Part shown: piece after piece, positions 26,249 to 35,112 of the stretch
How the letters are laid out: every line of letters begins with the position of its first letter
Position numbering within the stretch: the stretch's first letter is position 1
Assembly: GCA_041398705.1 (NCBI GenBank)
Contig: JAWKUI010000009.1
Coordinates: forward strand, 111,372-175,371
DNA length: 64,000 bases
Origin: Planctomycetota bacterium
GTDB taxonomy: Bacteria; Planctomycetota; UBA1135; GCA-002686595
Reading direction: 5' to 3'
Program-made: the position numbers and the translations under genes
Notes under the pieces: generated by a model
Databases searched by the model: none
Told to the model about the DNA's origin: nothing
What the model saw: only the letters and a program-made list of their open reading frames with translations

Positions 26249-28060
26249 ATGCCGCACCCCCACCTCCCCGAGCCGCCCATCTCCCTGACCCGCACCGGTA
26301 CTGTCCGGGTCCTGGCGGCCGTCTGCCTGACGGGCTCGGCGGTTGCTTACCCGCAGGTATTACCCGCCTCCGCTCCGGTTCAAGAGGAGTGCAGTCACGG
26401 GGTCGGCGATTGCATCCAGGTGCTTTCGCTCGAAGTGGAGCTGCGCTTCCCGAACGAGGGTTCCCGTTTCGACGGTTCGGTGGACATGTTTTTCACCGCC
26501 CGCCACGACGGCGCCCGGGTGATCGGGTTCGATGTCGGCGAGCCTTTGGCCCTCGACAGCGTGTACGTGGCCGATCCCATCTCCGACCGCAACGAGATCG
26601 GTATCGTCTCGGCCCAGCGCGAAGGCAGCCACTACCGCATCGAGCTGGCGGAGCCGATGGACATCGCTACGGCCCGCGAGTTCCGCGTGAAGTTCCACGG
26701 GGACCTTTCCGCCGGCGATGGCTTCGCCTGGAACTGGGACCGGGGACCGGGCCGGCCGCTGCGCTTCGACACGAAGCTGCAGTACAGCGGCGCGCACAAC
26801 CTCTTCCCGTGCAAAGCCGCCTGGTTCCATCCGGACGAACAACCCTCCACGGTTTCGCTCACGGTCATCGCCCCCACCGGTTTGACCGTGCTCGGCCCGT
26901 CCCATGGCTCGGTGCTGCCGCTCGGCGATGGACGCAACACCAAGACCTGGTTCAGTGCCGTGCATCCCCTGCCCACCTGGGGCCTGGGCATTGCCATCGG
27001 GCCGTTCGAAACCACCCGCGAGAGCATTCCCCTCGCCGGCGACCGCACCCTCGAAGTCAACCGCTGCTTCCTGCCCGCGGATCGCGAAGCGTTCCTGCGC
27101 AGCACGGCGGAGTTGCCGGCGATCCTCCGCCACCTCGAATCGACCTTCGGGCCGTACCCGTTCGGAGGCGAACCCCTGAACCTCGTGCAGACCCTCGCCG
27201 GCAGCTCGAGCCACGCCACGTGGGTGGGGATCGGTTCGGGGCTGTTGCTCGAGGCGCCGCAAGAGCACAGCCAACCGGAAGACGACAGCCGCGCGCTCGA
27301 ACAGGTCACCCGCGCCCTCGCCCATGAACTCGGGCACCAATGGTGGGGCATCGGCCTTTCGGCCAGCTCCTGGTGCGACGCGTGGCTGCACGAGAGTTTT
27401 GCGAGCTACGGCGAACTCACCTACCTGGGCGCCAGCCGCGGCGCGGGTTCCATGGAGATCGCCTTCCAGAACCTGGTTCCCGACATCTCCCCCAAACACC
27501 GCTTGTGGGTCTGCCACCGCGCCCAGCGCACCGCCGGCATGGCGGCCCAACCCGTGCTTTGGTTCAAAGGGCCTTGGGTCCTACGCACCCTGGCCTGGGA
27601 ACTCGGCGGCACCGCGCAATTGAACCGCTGCCTGGCCGCGTTCCAGGAGCAGTACCGCCATTCCGTCGCGAGCACCGAAGACCTCAAGGCCGTGCTGCAA
27701 CGGGAAACCGGCCGGTCCTGGGATCGCTTCTTCGAAGAGTGGTTCCGCGGCCGTGGATACCCGCGCGTGCGCGGCGTGGTCCAGGTCGAAGGCGATCGCA
27801 TGCTCGTCTCGATCCGCAACGACGAAACCGGTGGGCGGCGCTTCCATGTGCCCGTCGAGGTGTGCTGGAACAGCCGGGGCCGGGAGATGGCACAGTCGGT
27901 GATGCTGGAGCCCGGCCACAACCAACTCGTGATCGCCGCCGATCAGCCGCAGGACGTGCGCGTGCGCGGACTCGACGAAGTGCTCGGCCTGCACCACGTG
28001 CGCGTGGTGACGCCCGCGCCTCAGATCGCCTTGCCTGGCGGCTCCGGCGACAGGAAGTAG
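26249..28060 (+). CDS. M1-family zinc aminopeptidase (gluzincin), secreted
   Basis: 'HELGHQWWG' followed 18 residues later by the Glu of 'WLHESFASY' (HEXXH-X18-E). Start at ATG 26249, preceded by aggagaggga, with signal-like 'VRVLAAVCLTGSAVA'. Confidence 0.8.
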   Translation: MPHPHLPEPPISLTRTGTVRVLAAVCLTGSAVAYPQVLPASAPVQEECSHGVGDCIQVLSLEVELRFPNEGSRFDGSVDMFFTARHDGARVIGFDVGEPLALDSVYVADPISDRNEIGIVSAQREGSHYRIELAEPMDIATAREFRVKFHGDLSAGDGFAWNWDRGPGRPLRFDTKLQYSGAHNLFPCKAAWFHPDEQPSTVSLTVIAPTGLTVLGPSHGSVLPLGDGRNTKTWFSAVHPLPTWGLGIAIGPFETTRESIPLAGDRTLEVNRCFLPADREAFLRSTAELPAILRHLESTFGPYPFGGEPLNLVQTLAGSSSHATWVGIGSGLLLEAPQEHSQPEDDSRALEQVTRALAHELGHQWWGIGLSASSWCDAWLHESFASYGELTYLGASRGAGSMEIAFQNLVPDISPKHRLWVCHRAQRTAGMAAQPVLWFKGPWVLRTLAWELGGTAQLNRCLAAFQEQYRHSVASTEDLKAVLQRETGRSWDRFFEEWFRGRGYPRVRGVVQVEGDRMLVSIRNDETGGRRFHVPVEVCWNSRGREMAQSVMLEPGHNQLVIAADQPQDVRVRGLDEVLGLHHVRVVTPAPQIALPGGSGDRK

Positions 28061-29199
28061 GCCAAGGGGATGGCCATCGCGGCCAGGGTCAGAAGCCCCA
28101 TGAGCGGATAGGCCGGGTGCCCCCCCACGAGCAGGAAAGCGGGAGTGCCCATGGTGAGCGCCGCGAGGATCAGCAGGGCCCGGGCCGGGAGTCCTTCGAA
28201 CTCGCGCCAGGCGAGGGCCAGGGCCCAGGGCAGCCAGACGAAGTAGTGCGACCACGAAGGGCTGATGACCAGGGGCAGGGTGCAGGTCACGAGCAGCAGG
28301 GCGCGGTTGTTCCGGCCGGCGGCCCCGTTGCGCCAGGCGCAGCGCAGCAGGATGGCGGCCAGGCCCAGGGGCAGCCCCCACATGAGCACCGCGAGGATCC
28401 CGGTCGGACCGCCCCACAGGCGATGCAGCAAGAGCGGGGCGAATTGGCTGCCCGGGGACTCCCAGAACAACCCCTGGGCGGAGCCGCGCCACCAGTGCAG
28501 CAGGTCGCGGTAGAAGGCGGTCATCGTCTCCGGCCCCATCAGCAGGGCGGGCAGCCCGAACAGCCAGAGGGCACTCCAGGCCGCCGTGCGCAGGACGCTG
28601 CGCCAATCACCACGTAGCAGGAACAAAACCGCGAAGAAAGCCGGATAGAGTTTGATCGCGATGGCGAGGGACAGCAGCAGCGAGGCCAGTCCGTTTCTCC
28701 CCGCACGCCAGGCGAGCAAGGCGGGCAGGATCAACGCCCAACACAGGGTGCTGACCTGGCCCCAGTGCATGTCGTGCACCCAAGGAAAACCCAGGGCGAA
28801 CACGAGGCTGTAGGCGAAGAACACCGCGGGTGACACCGGGCGCAGGACCCACCAACCGGCGGCCCACAGGACGAGGGTGGCCGCAAGCAGCACGGCCAGC
28901 CAGGCGTAGCTGGCGGCCAGGGGACTCAGGTTGGCGAAGGGAGCGAGCAGCAGAGCGAACGAGGGCGGGTAGAGGAAACCCGCTTCCAGGTGGCCGTCCC
29001 CGTGCATCGCCGCCGCCTGGCGCATGTAGGGCCCGGCAAAGTCCTCGAAGGGCGCCGCGTTGAAGTCGATGCCCGCGTGAAACGCCGGCCAACTGCGGAA
29101 GCAGACGGCGAGGATGGCCAGGCCAAGGGCCCAGCCGGCCAGGCCGAATCCGAAGGTGCGCATCCGCGCGCCCCGGGCCTCGGGTTCAGCGGATGCCAT
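28021..29199 (-). CDS. polytopic membrane protein, DUF2029/GT87-like glycosyltransferase (putative)
   Basis: About 10 hydrophobic helices, with 'LYPPSFALLLAPF' and 'AIKLYPAFFAVLFLL' resembling GT87/DUF2029 proteins. Start at ATG 29199; ATG 29163 is an alternative. The 3' end overlaps the convergent M1 peptidase gene by 40 nt. Confidence 0.55.
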   Translation of the reverse strand: MASAEPEARGARMRTFGFGLAGWALGLAILAVCFRSWPAFHAGIDFNAAPFEDFAGPYMRQAAAMHGDGHLEAGFLYPPSFALLLAPFANLSPLAASYAWLAVLLAATLVLWAAGWWVLRPVSPAVFFAYSLVFALGFPWVHDMHWGQVSTLCWALILPALLAWRAGRNGLASLLLSLAIAIKLYPAFFAVLFLLRGDWRSVLRTAAWSALWLFGLPALLMGPETMTAFYRDLLHWWRGSAQGLFWESPGSQFAPLLLHRLWGGPTGILAVLMWGLPLGLAAILLRCAWRNGAAGRNNRALLLVTCTLPLVISPSWSHYFVWLPWALALAWREFEGLPARALLILAALTMGTPAFLLVGGHPAYPLMGLLTLAAMAIPLAYFLSPEPPGKAI

Positions 29200-29917
29200 C
29201 GGCCGCCTCCTCCTGCGCAAGGAAGTCCCGCGCCCAGTTCCACCACTCCCCCGCAGGCAAGGGAGCGCGCAATCGGAGGATCTCGGGGCCGTCCCCGGCC
29301 GTGCGCGTCGGATGGGGCACGCTGAGCGCCAGCGCGTGCAACGCGATGCTCTTGTCGGGCAGCGGCAGGCGCGCGCCGTAACGCAGATCCCCTTCGATCG
29401 GGCCCGCCAGGGTGGCCATGGCCATGCGCAGTTGATGCGGCCGGCCCGTGTGCGGGTGGAGTTCGACCAGGCTTTGGCCCGCTTGGAATGCAAGCACGCG
29501 CCAGGAGGTCACCGCTGCTTTGGCGCCGGCGCTGCCTTCGGGGACCACGGCCGAGGTGTTGCGCACGGGATCCTTGCGCAGCCACTGGTGTAGCTCCCCG
29601 GAGGCTTCGCGCAGACGGCCGGGCACCAGGGCCACGTAGCGTTTGCGCGTGATGTGGCTGCGGAAACTCTCCGACAGCCGCGCGGCGCCCTTGCTGGTGC
29701 GTGCGAAGACCACGAGGCCCGAGACCGGCCGGTCGAGGCGATGCACCACGCCGAGGAACACCGCGCCCGGTTTCTGGAACTCGCGCGCCACCCAGTCCTT
29801 GCCCCAATCGAGCAAGGCCAGATCGCGGCTGTCGTCGGGCACCGTCGGCATGCCGGCCGGTTTGTTCAGGGCCAGCACGTGGTTGTCGACGTGCAGCACC
29901 TGCGGCGCCGCTCTCAC
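29186..29917 (-). CDS. RluA-family pseudouridine synthase
   Basis: 'VLALNKPAGMPTVP' and catalytic-Asp motif 'GVVHRLDRPVSGLVVFARTSK', then 'KRYVALV' and 'TGRPHQLRMAMA'. GTG 29917 overlaps the upstream stop (GTGA). The 80-aa ORF extension was discarded. Confidence 0.8.
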   Translation of the reverse strand: MRAAPQVLHVDNHVLALNKPAGMPTVPDDSRDLALLDWGKDWVAREFQKPGAVFLGVVHRLDRPVSGLVVFARTSKGAARLSESFRSHITRKRYVALVPGRLREASGELHQWLRKDPVRNTSAVVPEGSAGAKAAVTSWRVLAFQAGQSLVELHPHTGRPHQLRMAMATLAGPIEGDLRYGARLPLPDKSIALHALALSVPHPTRTAGDGPEILRLRAPLPAGEWWNWARDFLAQEEAADGIR

Positions 29918-30798
29918 GCCTGCCCCCCGCGCCAGAAGCGTGCGCAGAAGCCGGCAGGCAACAGGCGCGAACTGCCGAGTTCGGGCAACACCAGTTCCCC
30001 CGCTTCGATGCGGCCGGTCCCGCCCGCCTGCAGCATGTTGGCGAAAGCCAGCGGCGAGTAGCCCACCGCATAGGTCGACAGGATCAACAACCCCGGGTCG
30101 GCGAGCAGCTCGAGGGCCGCTTGCACCAGCGGCGCGAGGCCTTCCTCCAACTGCCACTTCTGCCCCTTCGGGCCGCGGCCGTAGTGCGGGGGATCGAGCA
30201 AGATCACCTGGTAGCGTGACCCTCGGCGCACCTCACGGGCGGCGAAACCCAGGGCGTCGTCGAGTACCCAGCGCACCGCCGAAGCGGGCACCTCGCTCGC
30301 GGCCAGGTTGTCTTCCATCCACGCGATCGACTGGCGCGAGGCGTCGACGTGGGTGACGTGGTAGCCCGCCTTGGCAGCGAGCACGCTGGCCACGCCGGTG
30401 TAGCCGAACAGATTCAGCAGTTTCGGTTCGTCGCCAAGGTCCGCGCGCAGGTCGGCGACCACTTGCCAGTTGCTGGCCTGCTCCGGGAAGACGCCGATGT
30501 GTTTAAAGGCGGTGGGCATCACCCAGAAGCGCCCCCCCATCAGCTCGACTTGCCAACGCTTGTCCTTTGGCAGGTTCTTGCCCTTGCGATCGACCCAACG
30601 GCCGCCGCGGTCGGACTCACGGACGAACGTCGCGTCGGCCCCCTGCCAGTGGTCCGGCGACAGGTGCGGCTTCCAGAGGGCCTGGGGATCGGGCCGCCGC
30701 AGCACCTTGCCACCCACGCGCTCGAGTTTCTCCCCATCGCCTGAGTCGAGCAGGGAGTAATGCGGGAGCGGAACCGGGGGGAAGTAACTGGGCTGCAC
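29914..30798 (-). CDS. class I SAM-dependent rRNA methyltransferase (RlmI/RlmK/PF10672-like)
   Basis: 'HIGVFPEQASNW', 'LLNLFGYTGVASVLAAKAGYHVTHVDAS', 'YQVILLDPPHYGRGPKG', characteristic of the Methyltrans_SAM family. Confidence 0.7.
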   Translation of the reverse strand: MQPSYFPPVPLPHYSLLDSGDGEKLERVGGKVLRRPDPQALWKPHLSPDHWQGADATFVRESDRGGRWVDRKGKNLPKDKRWQVELMGGRFWVMPTAFKHIGVFPEQASNWQVVADLRADLGDEPKLLNLFGYTGVASVLAAKAGYHVTHVDASRQSIAWMEDNLAASEVPASAVRWVLDDALGFAAREVRRGSRYQVILLDPPHYGRGPKGQKWQLEEGLAPLVQAALELLADPGLLILSTYAVGYSPLAFANMLQAGGTGRIEAGELVLPELGSSRLLPAGFCARFWRGGQA

Positions 30799-30917
30799 GG
30801 GGGGAGCTTACCGCGAAAGCCGCCCGGGATCCCGCCCCGGGCCAAAGGCGTGCCCCATCGATGCATTCCCGAACCCCAGCCCGGAGTCCGCCGGGTTCCC
30901 GCAGCGTGCGCGGGGGT

Positions 30918-30962
30918 GGAAAACGCGCGCGGGGAGCGAAACCGATCGGTTCCGCTCCCCGC
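30918..30962 (-). terminator. rho-independent terminator downstream of the Cys-rich repeat gene
   Basis: Minus strand reads gcggggagcggaacc-gatc-ggtttcgctccccgc, 15 bp with one mismatch, followed by gcgcgTTTTcc. Confidence 0.5.
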
Positions 30963-30983
30963 GTCGCTGCGTAGGGTCCGGGC

Positions 30984-32735
30984 TCAGCCGTTGACCTTCT
31001 TCGAGCCGCAATCCGCGGCCGGCTTGCCACCGCAGCAACCCTGCTTCTTGGCACCGTTCCAAAGGTTGGTGGGCACAACGGGCTTCACGATTTTCGCGGC
31101 GGGCACCGACGGCAGGGCGGCGGGCACGTTGGCGACCGGAGCCGCACCCGCGCCTTTCACCACGCTGCCAGCCTTACCGGCGCAGCAACCGGCGGGAGCG
31201 GCCTTCTGGGCCTTGCTCGCGCAATCGCTTTCGTCGCAGGCCTTGCCATCGCAAGCCTTGCCGTTGCAGTCCACGGTCGGTTGGGCCTTCTTCGGCGCGG
31301 GGGCGACCACGTTGGCGGCCGGGACGCCGGCGACAGGAGCCGCACCAGCGCCCTTCACCACACCCTGGGCCTTGCTAGCGCAGCAGTCGGCGGTTTTCGC
31401 GGCCTTGCTCGCGCAGTCCCCGCAAGCGGCGCCACTGCAACCAGCGGTCGGTTGGGCTTTCTTCGCAGCCGGAGCCACGTTCGCGGCGGGCACATTCGCG
31501 GCAGGAGCGGCACCGGCGCCTTTCACCACACCCTGGGCCTTGCCGGCACAGCAATCGGTGGACGCGGCTTTCTGGGCCTTGCTCGCGCAGTCCATTTCGG
31601 CGCAGGCAGCGCCGTCACAGGCTTTGCCGTTGCAGTCCACGGTCGGTTGGGCCTTCTTCGGCGCGGGAGCCACCACGTTGGCGGCCGGGACACCGGCGAT
31701 CGGCGCCGCACCCGCGGCCTTCACCACGCCTTGGGCCTTGCCTTCGCAGCAATCGGCGGCTTTCGCAGCTTTGCTCGCGCAGTCACCGCAGGCGGCGCCG
31801 CTGCAACCGGCGGTCGGTTGGGCTTTCTTCGCGACCGGAGCCACGTTCGCGGCGGGCACATTCGCGGCAGGAGCCGCACCAGCGCCTTGCACCACACCCT
31901 GGGCCTTGCCGGCACAGCAGTCGGTGGACGCGGCTTTCTGGGCCTTGCTCGCGCAGTCCATTTCGGCGCAGGCAGCGCCGTCGCAGGCCTTGCCATTGCA
32001 GTCCACGGTCGGCTGGGCTTTTTTGGCGGCCGGCATGTTCGCGACCGGGGCCGCACCCGCGCTCTTCACCACTTCTTGCGCCTTGCCAGCGCAGCAGTCG
32101 GCGGCTTTCGCGGCTTTGCTCGCGCAATCACCACAAGCGGCGCCACTGCAACCGGCGGTCGGTTGCGCTTTCTTGGCAACCGTAGCCACGTTCGCGGCGG
32201 GCACGCTCGCGACCGGAGCCGGAGCCGCACCCTGCGCTACGCCCTGGGCCTTACCGGCGCAGCAGCTACCGGCTTTGCCAGCGGGGGCAGCCACCGCGTT
32301 GGCGGAGGGGCCGTTGCCCTGCGAAGCCGGCATCTTGGGGGCTTTGGCCATCTGGCCACAGCAACCGGCGCCGACGGTCGAGCCGGGTTGGCTCACCGGA
32401 CCTTGGGCCTTGCTCCCGCAACCGGAACCCGCGCAGTCGCCGGGCTTCGCTTTCTGGGGCGCGTTGGCCAGAACCTGGCCGACCGGCATGGCCACGACTT
32501 TCTTCGGCGCGGGCGCAACCGGATCGACTCCGCGCATGGCGACCTTGCCGGCCTTTGTACCGTGGCACGACGTGGAGGCGGCGCAGTCGGACTTGGCGGG
32601 CGCAGCCTGTTGCGCAGCAACCGCCTTGGCCTGGCAGCAGGACGATTTCGCGGGCGCAGCCTGGGCGCCGAAAGACGGCGCAGAGAACGCGAGGGCCACC
32701 AGGGCCGAAAGCGTGAGAAGGGAGGTGCGGATCAT
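30984..32735 (-). CDS. secreted Cys/Ala/Gly/Lys-rich tandem-repeat protein of unknown function (~46 Cys in 583 aa)
   Basis: ATG 32735 with signal peptide MIRTSLLTLSALVALAFSAPSFGAQA. The body alternates units 'KKAQPTAGCSGAACGDCASKAAKAADCCxGKAQGVV' and 'KKAQPTVDCNGKACDGAACAEMDCASKAQKAASTDCCAGKAQGVV', joined by 'GAGAAPxANVPAANVAP' linkers. The minus strand was chosen over antisense ORF 30760..32907 because of the signal peptide, a clean start and the strand of neighbouring genes. Confidence 0.7.
   Translation of the reverse strand: MIRTSLLTLSALVALAFSAPSFGAQAAPAKSSCCQAKAVAAQQAAPAKSDCAASTSCHGTKAGKVAMRGVDPVAPAPKKVVAMPVGQVLANAPQKAKPGDCAGSGCGSKAQGPVSQPGSTVGAGCCGQMAKAPKMPASQGNGPSANAVAAPAGKAGSCCAGKAQGVAQGAAPAPVASVPAANVATVAKKAQPTAGCSGAACGDCASKAAKAADCCAGKAQEVVKSAGAAPVANMPAAKKAQPTVDCNGKACDGAACAEMDCASKAQKAASTDCCAGKAQGVVQGAGAAPAANVPAANVAPVAKKAQPTAGCSGAACGDCASKAAKAADCCEGKAQGVVKAAGAAPIAGVPAANVVAPAPKKAQPTVDCNGKACDGAACAEMDCASKAQKAASTDCCAGKAQGVVKGAGAAPAANVPAANVAPAAKKAQPTAGCSGAACGDCASKAAKTADCCASKAQGVVKGAGAAPVAGVPAANVVAPAPKKAQPTVDCNGKACDGKACDESDCASKAQKAAPAGCCAGKAGSVVKGAGAAPVANVPAALPSVPAAKIVKPVVPTNLWNGAKKQGCCGGKPAADCGSKKVNG
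31101..32174. repeat. tandem coding repeat, about 3 copies of a 366-bp (122-aa) super-unit
   Basis: The string tccatttcggcgcaggcagcgccgtc recurs at 31591 and 31957, 366 bp apart. Protein units fall at A1 188-237, B1 238-302, A2 303-359, B2 360-424, A3 425-481, B3 482-~545. Confidence 0.9.
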
Positions 32736-32885
32736 GATTCTCGTATGGGATAGCGAGGCTTGGGCGGGGCGCGACCCCGCCATGGGAGGTATCGAACGGA
32801 TGCGACACCACCACGCGTACATCTTAACGGATAGGCGCAACATCGGGGCGAGTGCCCGCATGGGCTTTTTTCGCGTTTGCGTTGT

Positions 32886-34373
32886 TTACGGAACTGCAAC
32901 GCGGTAGTGCCGGGAAGCACTGCCAGCAAGGCGCAGGGTCAGGGTCCAGTCCCCCTGCGCCAGGCCCTGATCCGCTTCGATCCAGAGGTGCCCATGGCGG
33001 TCCGCTTGGCCGCCCAGACCCGCTCCCAGCGCCCCCGGCCCCCCATCGACCCTGAGCAGACCTGCTTGGCCGGGCATCAGGCCCCAAATGCAGCACCGGA
33101 ACCCCAAACCGCGAGGCTGGATCCAGCGCCCCTGGGCCTCCCCCGAAGGAACCCGCATCGGCCCCGCGGCGGGCTCCCCGAACCCGGCCACCCAACCCCG
33201 GACCGCGGGCAGGAAGTCCGCGACCCCCATCCCTGGTGCGGCCGCCAGGCATTGATCCCCACGGCTGAGCAGGCTGGCGCCAAAGGCCTCCCGGGGAGCC
33301 TGTCCCGGGATGACCCACGCGAGGTCCGGTACCGTTCCCGGATCGAGCAACCACACGAGCCCTCCGCAGCCGCCCAGGGACCGGGGCGCCCCAACCCAGA
33401 GCCCCGCCTGACCCCAGGCAAGGCTCGACCCGAAACCCGCGAGCCCCACCGGCGCGCGGTGCTCTTCGGCAGCCAGGCGCCAATGGCCGGCGCCGAACTC
33501 GCAGACGAACACCACCCCACCCTCGCCGTGCCGCGGCGCCCCCACGAACAACCGCGTACCACCGGCCTGCCACGCCAGCGCACTGCCGAAACCGCGACCG
33601 TCGATGCGCGGCGCTTCGAGAATCGTGTGGAGGTTCCATTGCTGCGCTGCGCGGCGATAGAGGCACACGGCTCCCCCGGACAACGTTTCCGGCGCCGCCA
33701 CGGCCAGCCAATCCCCACTGCACGCCAACGCGGCGCCGAACTGCGCCTCCTGCCCGGGGAACGGACTCTCGAGCCGAATCGCACGCTCGGCATCGCAATC
33801 GGCCGGGAAAAACCCCGACACCGCGCCGGTGCGCACCGCGCCCGCAGCATCCCGGGCGAACGGGGCCGCGACCCACAACCCACCAAACGCCGGGGCCAGC
33901 ACCTGCCCGAATCCACCGTGTGCGTCCGTGCCCTCGAGCACCCGGTGCAACCGCATTTCCGTGGGTCCGGGGGCCAACAGGTACACACGTCCAGGATCGC
34001 TGCCATCCCCCGGCGCCAACGGCGCACCCGCCGCAAGCAATTGGCTCCCCGGCAAAGCCGCCAACGAATACCCGAGCGCCTGCCACGGCAGCGGCGCCGG
34101 TGCGCCCCCCCACGGGACCGGTTTCTCCCCGCCCCACGCCGGCGCGTTCCAAAGGACACCGGCCCGCTCGCCATTCCGGTGGGAGCGCGGGGCCCCGATC
34201 ACCAGGCGCGACCCCCACCAGGCAAGGGCTTGACCGAAACCCGTGCTCTCCCCGGCCGCCAGCACCGGCGGATCTTCCGGGTCGCTCCAGACCGGCATCT
34301 GCGCCCGCGCAAACCCGCCAAACACTCCGAACACACCCAGGACTCCGCCCCAGGCCCACTTCCACTTCTGCAT
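32886..34373 (-). CDS. secreted FG-GAP / integrin-alpha-like beta-propeller repeat protein
   Basis: Signal-like N-terminus MQKWKWAWGGVLGVFGVFGGFARAQ. Recurring 'GFGxxLA...L(V/F)VGAP' units (GFGQALAWWGSRLVIGAP, GFGSALAWQAGGTRLFVGAP, GFGSSLAWGQAGLWVGAP) match FG-GAP repeats. Confidence 0.65.
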   Translation of the reverse strand: MQKWKWAWGGVLGVFGVFGGFARAQMPVWSDPEDPPVLAAGESTGFGQALAWWGSRLVIGAPRSHRNGERAGVLWNAPAWGGEKPVPWGGAPAPLPWQALGYSLAALPGSQLLAAGAPLAPGDGSDPGRVYLLAPGPTEMRLHRVLEGTDAHGGFGQVLAPAFGGLWVAAPFARDAAGAVRTGAVSGFFPADCDAERAIRLESPFPGQEAQFGAALACSGDWLAVAAPETLSGGAVCLYRRAAQQWNLHTILEAPRIDGRGFGSALAWQAGGTRLFVGAPRHGEGGVVFVCEFGAGHWRLAAEEHRAPVGLAGFGSSLAWGQAGLWVGAPRSLGGCGGLVWLLDPGTVPDLAWVIPGQAPREAFGASLLSRGDQCLAAAPGMGVADFLPAVRGWVAGFGEPAAGPMRVPSGEAQGRWIQPRGLGFRCCIWGLMPGQAGLLRVDGGPGALGAGLGGQADRHGHLWIEADQGLAQGDWTLTLRLAGSASRHYRVAVP

Positions 34374-34430
34374 CGACTCGCACCTCCAGCCCTGTGGACC
34401 GATGGCGCACGCCGCGGTTTCCCGAAAAAT

Positions 34431-34889
34431 CTACCAGTAGCGACCGGACACGCCGATCACGACGATGCAGACCCCGAGGAACAGGTTCGTGCTGACGAGC
34501 GGACGGATGCGGCCCATGGCCTGGCCTCCGGCGGGCCAATCCTGGCAAGCGACCGCCTTCTGCAGCGCGGCCCAAGGACGGAAGTACAACCCGGCGAAGA
34601 TCAAGGTCATCACCCAGGCGATACCCAGCATCAGGTGCACGTGGAGGCGGGCTCCCGCCATACCCCCGAAGTACCCGAAGAGCAGCGCGTAGCCGGTGGC
34701 GTGCAGCACGGCAATCGAAAGCCAGACCAATGGGAAGAAGCGGCGGAGCACCCCATGCCAGACGGTCAAACGCTGCGGGGGTTCGAGGTGTTCGACGAGG
34801 GTCGGGCGCAGGGCGAAGTGCACGAAGAGCATGCCCCCCACCCAAAGGGTGGCGGCCAGGCCATGCAGGGCGATCCACAAACTGATCAT
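34431..34889 (-). CDS. small 4-TM membrane protein, CopD-family-like
   Basis: Start at ATG 34889. 'MISLWIALHGLAATLWVGGMLFVHFALRP' resembles the LHxxAAxxWxGG helix of CopD-family proteins. 152 aa with four hydrophobic helices. Family call is tentative. Confidence 0.45.
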   Translation of the reverse strand: MISLWIALHGLAATLWVGGMLFVHFALRPTLVEHLEPPQRLTVWHGVLRRFFPLVWLSIAVLHATGYALLFGYFGGMAGARLHVHLMLGIAWVMTLIFAGLYFRPWAALQKAVACQDWPAGGQAMGRIRPLVSTNLFLGVCIVVIGVSGRYW

Positions 34890-35112
34890 GGCCCGATGGT
34901 ACTGCGGAAGGGAGCCCGTTGCAGCCGGTTTCACCCGGTGCCCACCGCGAAGGCGGGGTGGCCGGATTCGGGCGTTCGGGCAACCGGCCTTTGCACCCAC
35001 TTTGCACCCGACCCGGATCGGCGCACGCGCGGCCGGCTGGCCGCCGACAAAGCCGGGAAAAGTGAAGGTTCCGGGCGGAAAGCGGAAGCGTGGCGACCTA
35101 GACTTCTCGGCC

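Noticed and set aside
30760-32907. 715-aa plus-strand ORF antisense to the Cys-rich repeat gene (AFFGAGATT...PFTTPWALPAQQS repeats).
   Set aside because: It has no credible start or signal sequence and a junk-like Arg-rich N-terminus. The minus-strand frame has a clean ATG, a classical signal peptide, a downstream terminator and the same orientation as its neighbours. Strand assignment should still be confirmed experimentally.
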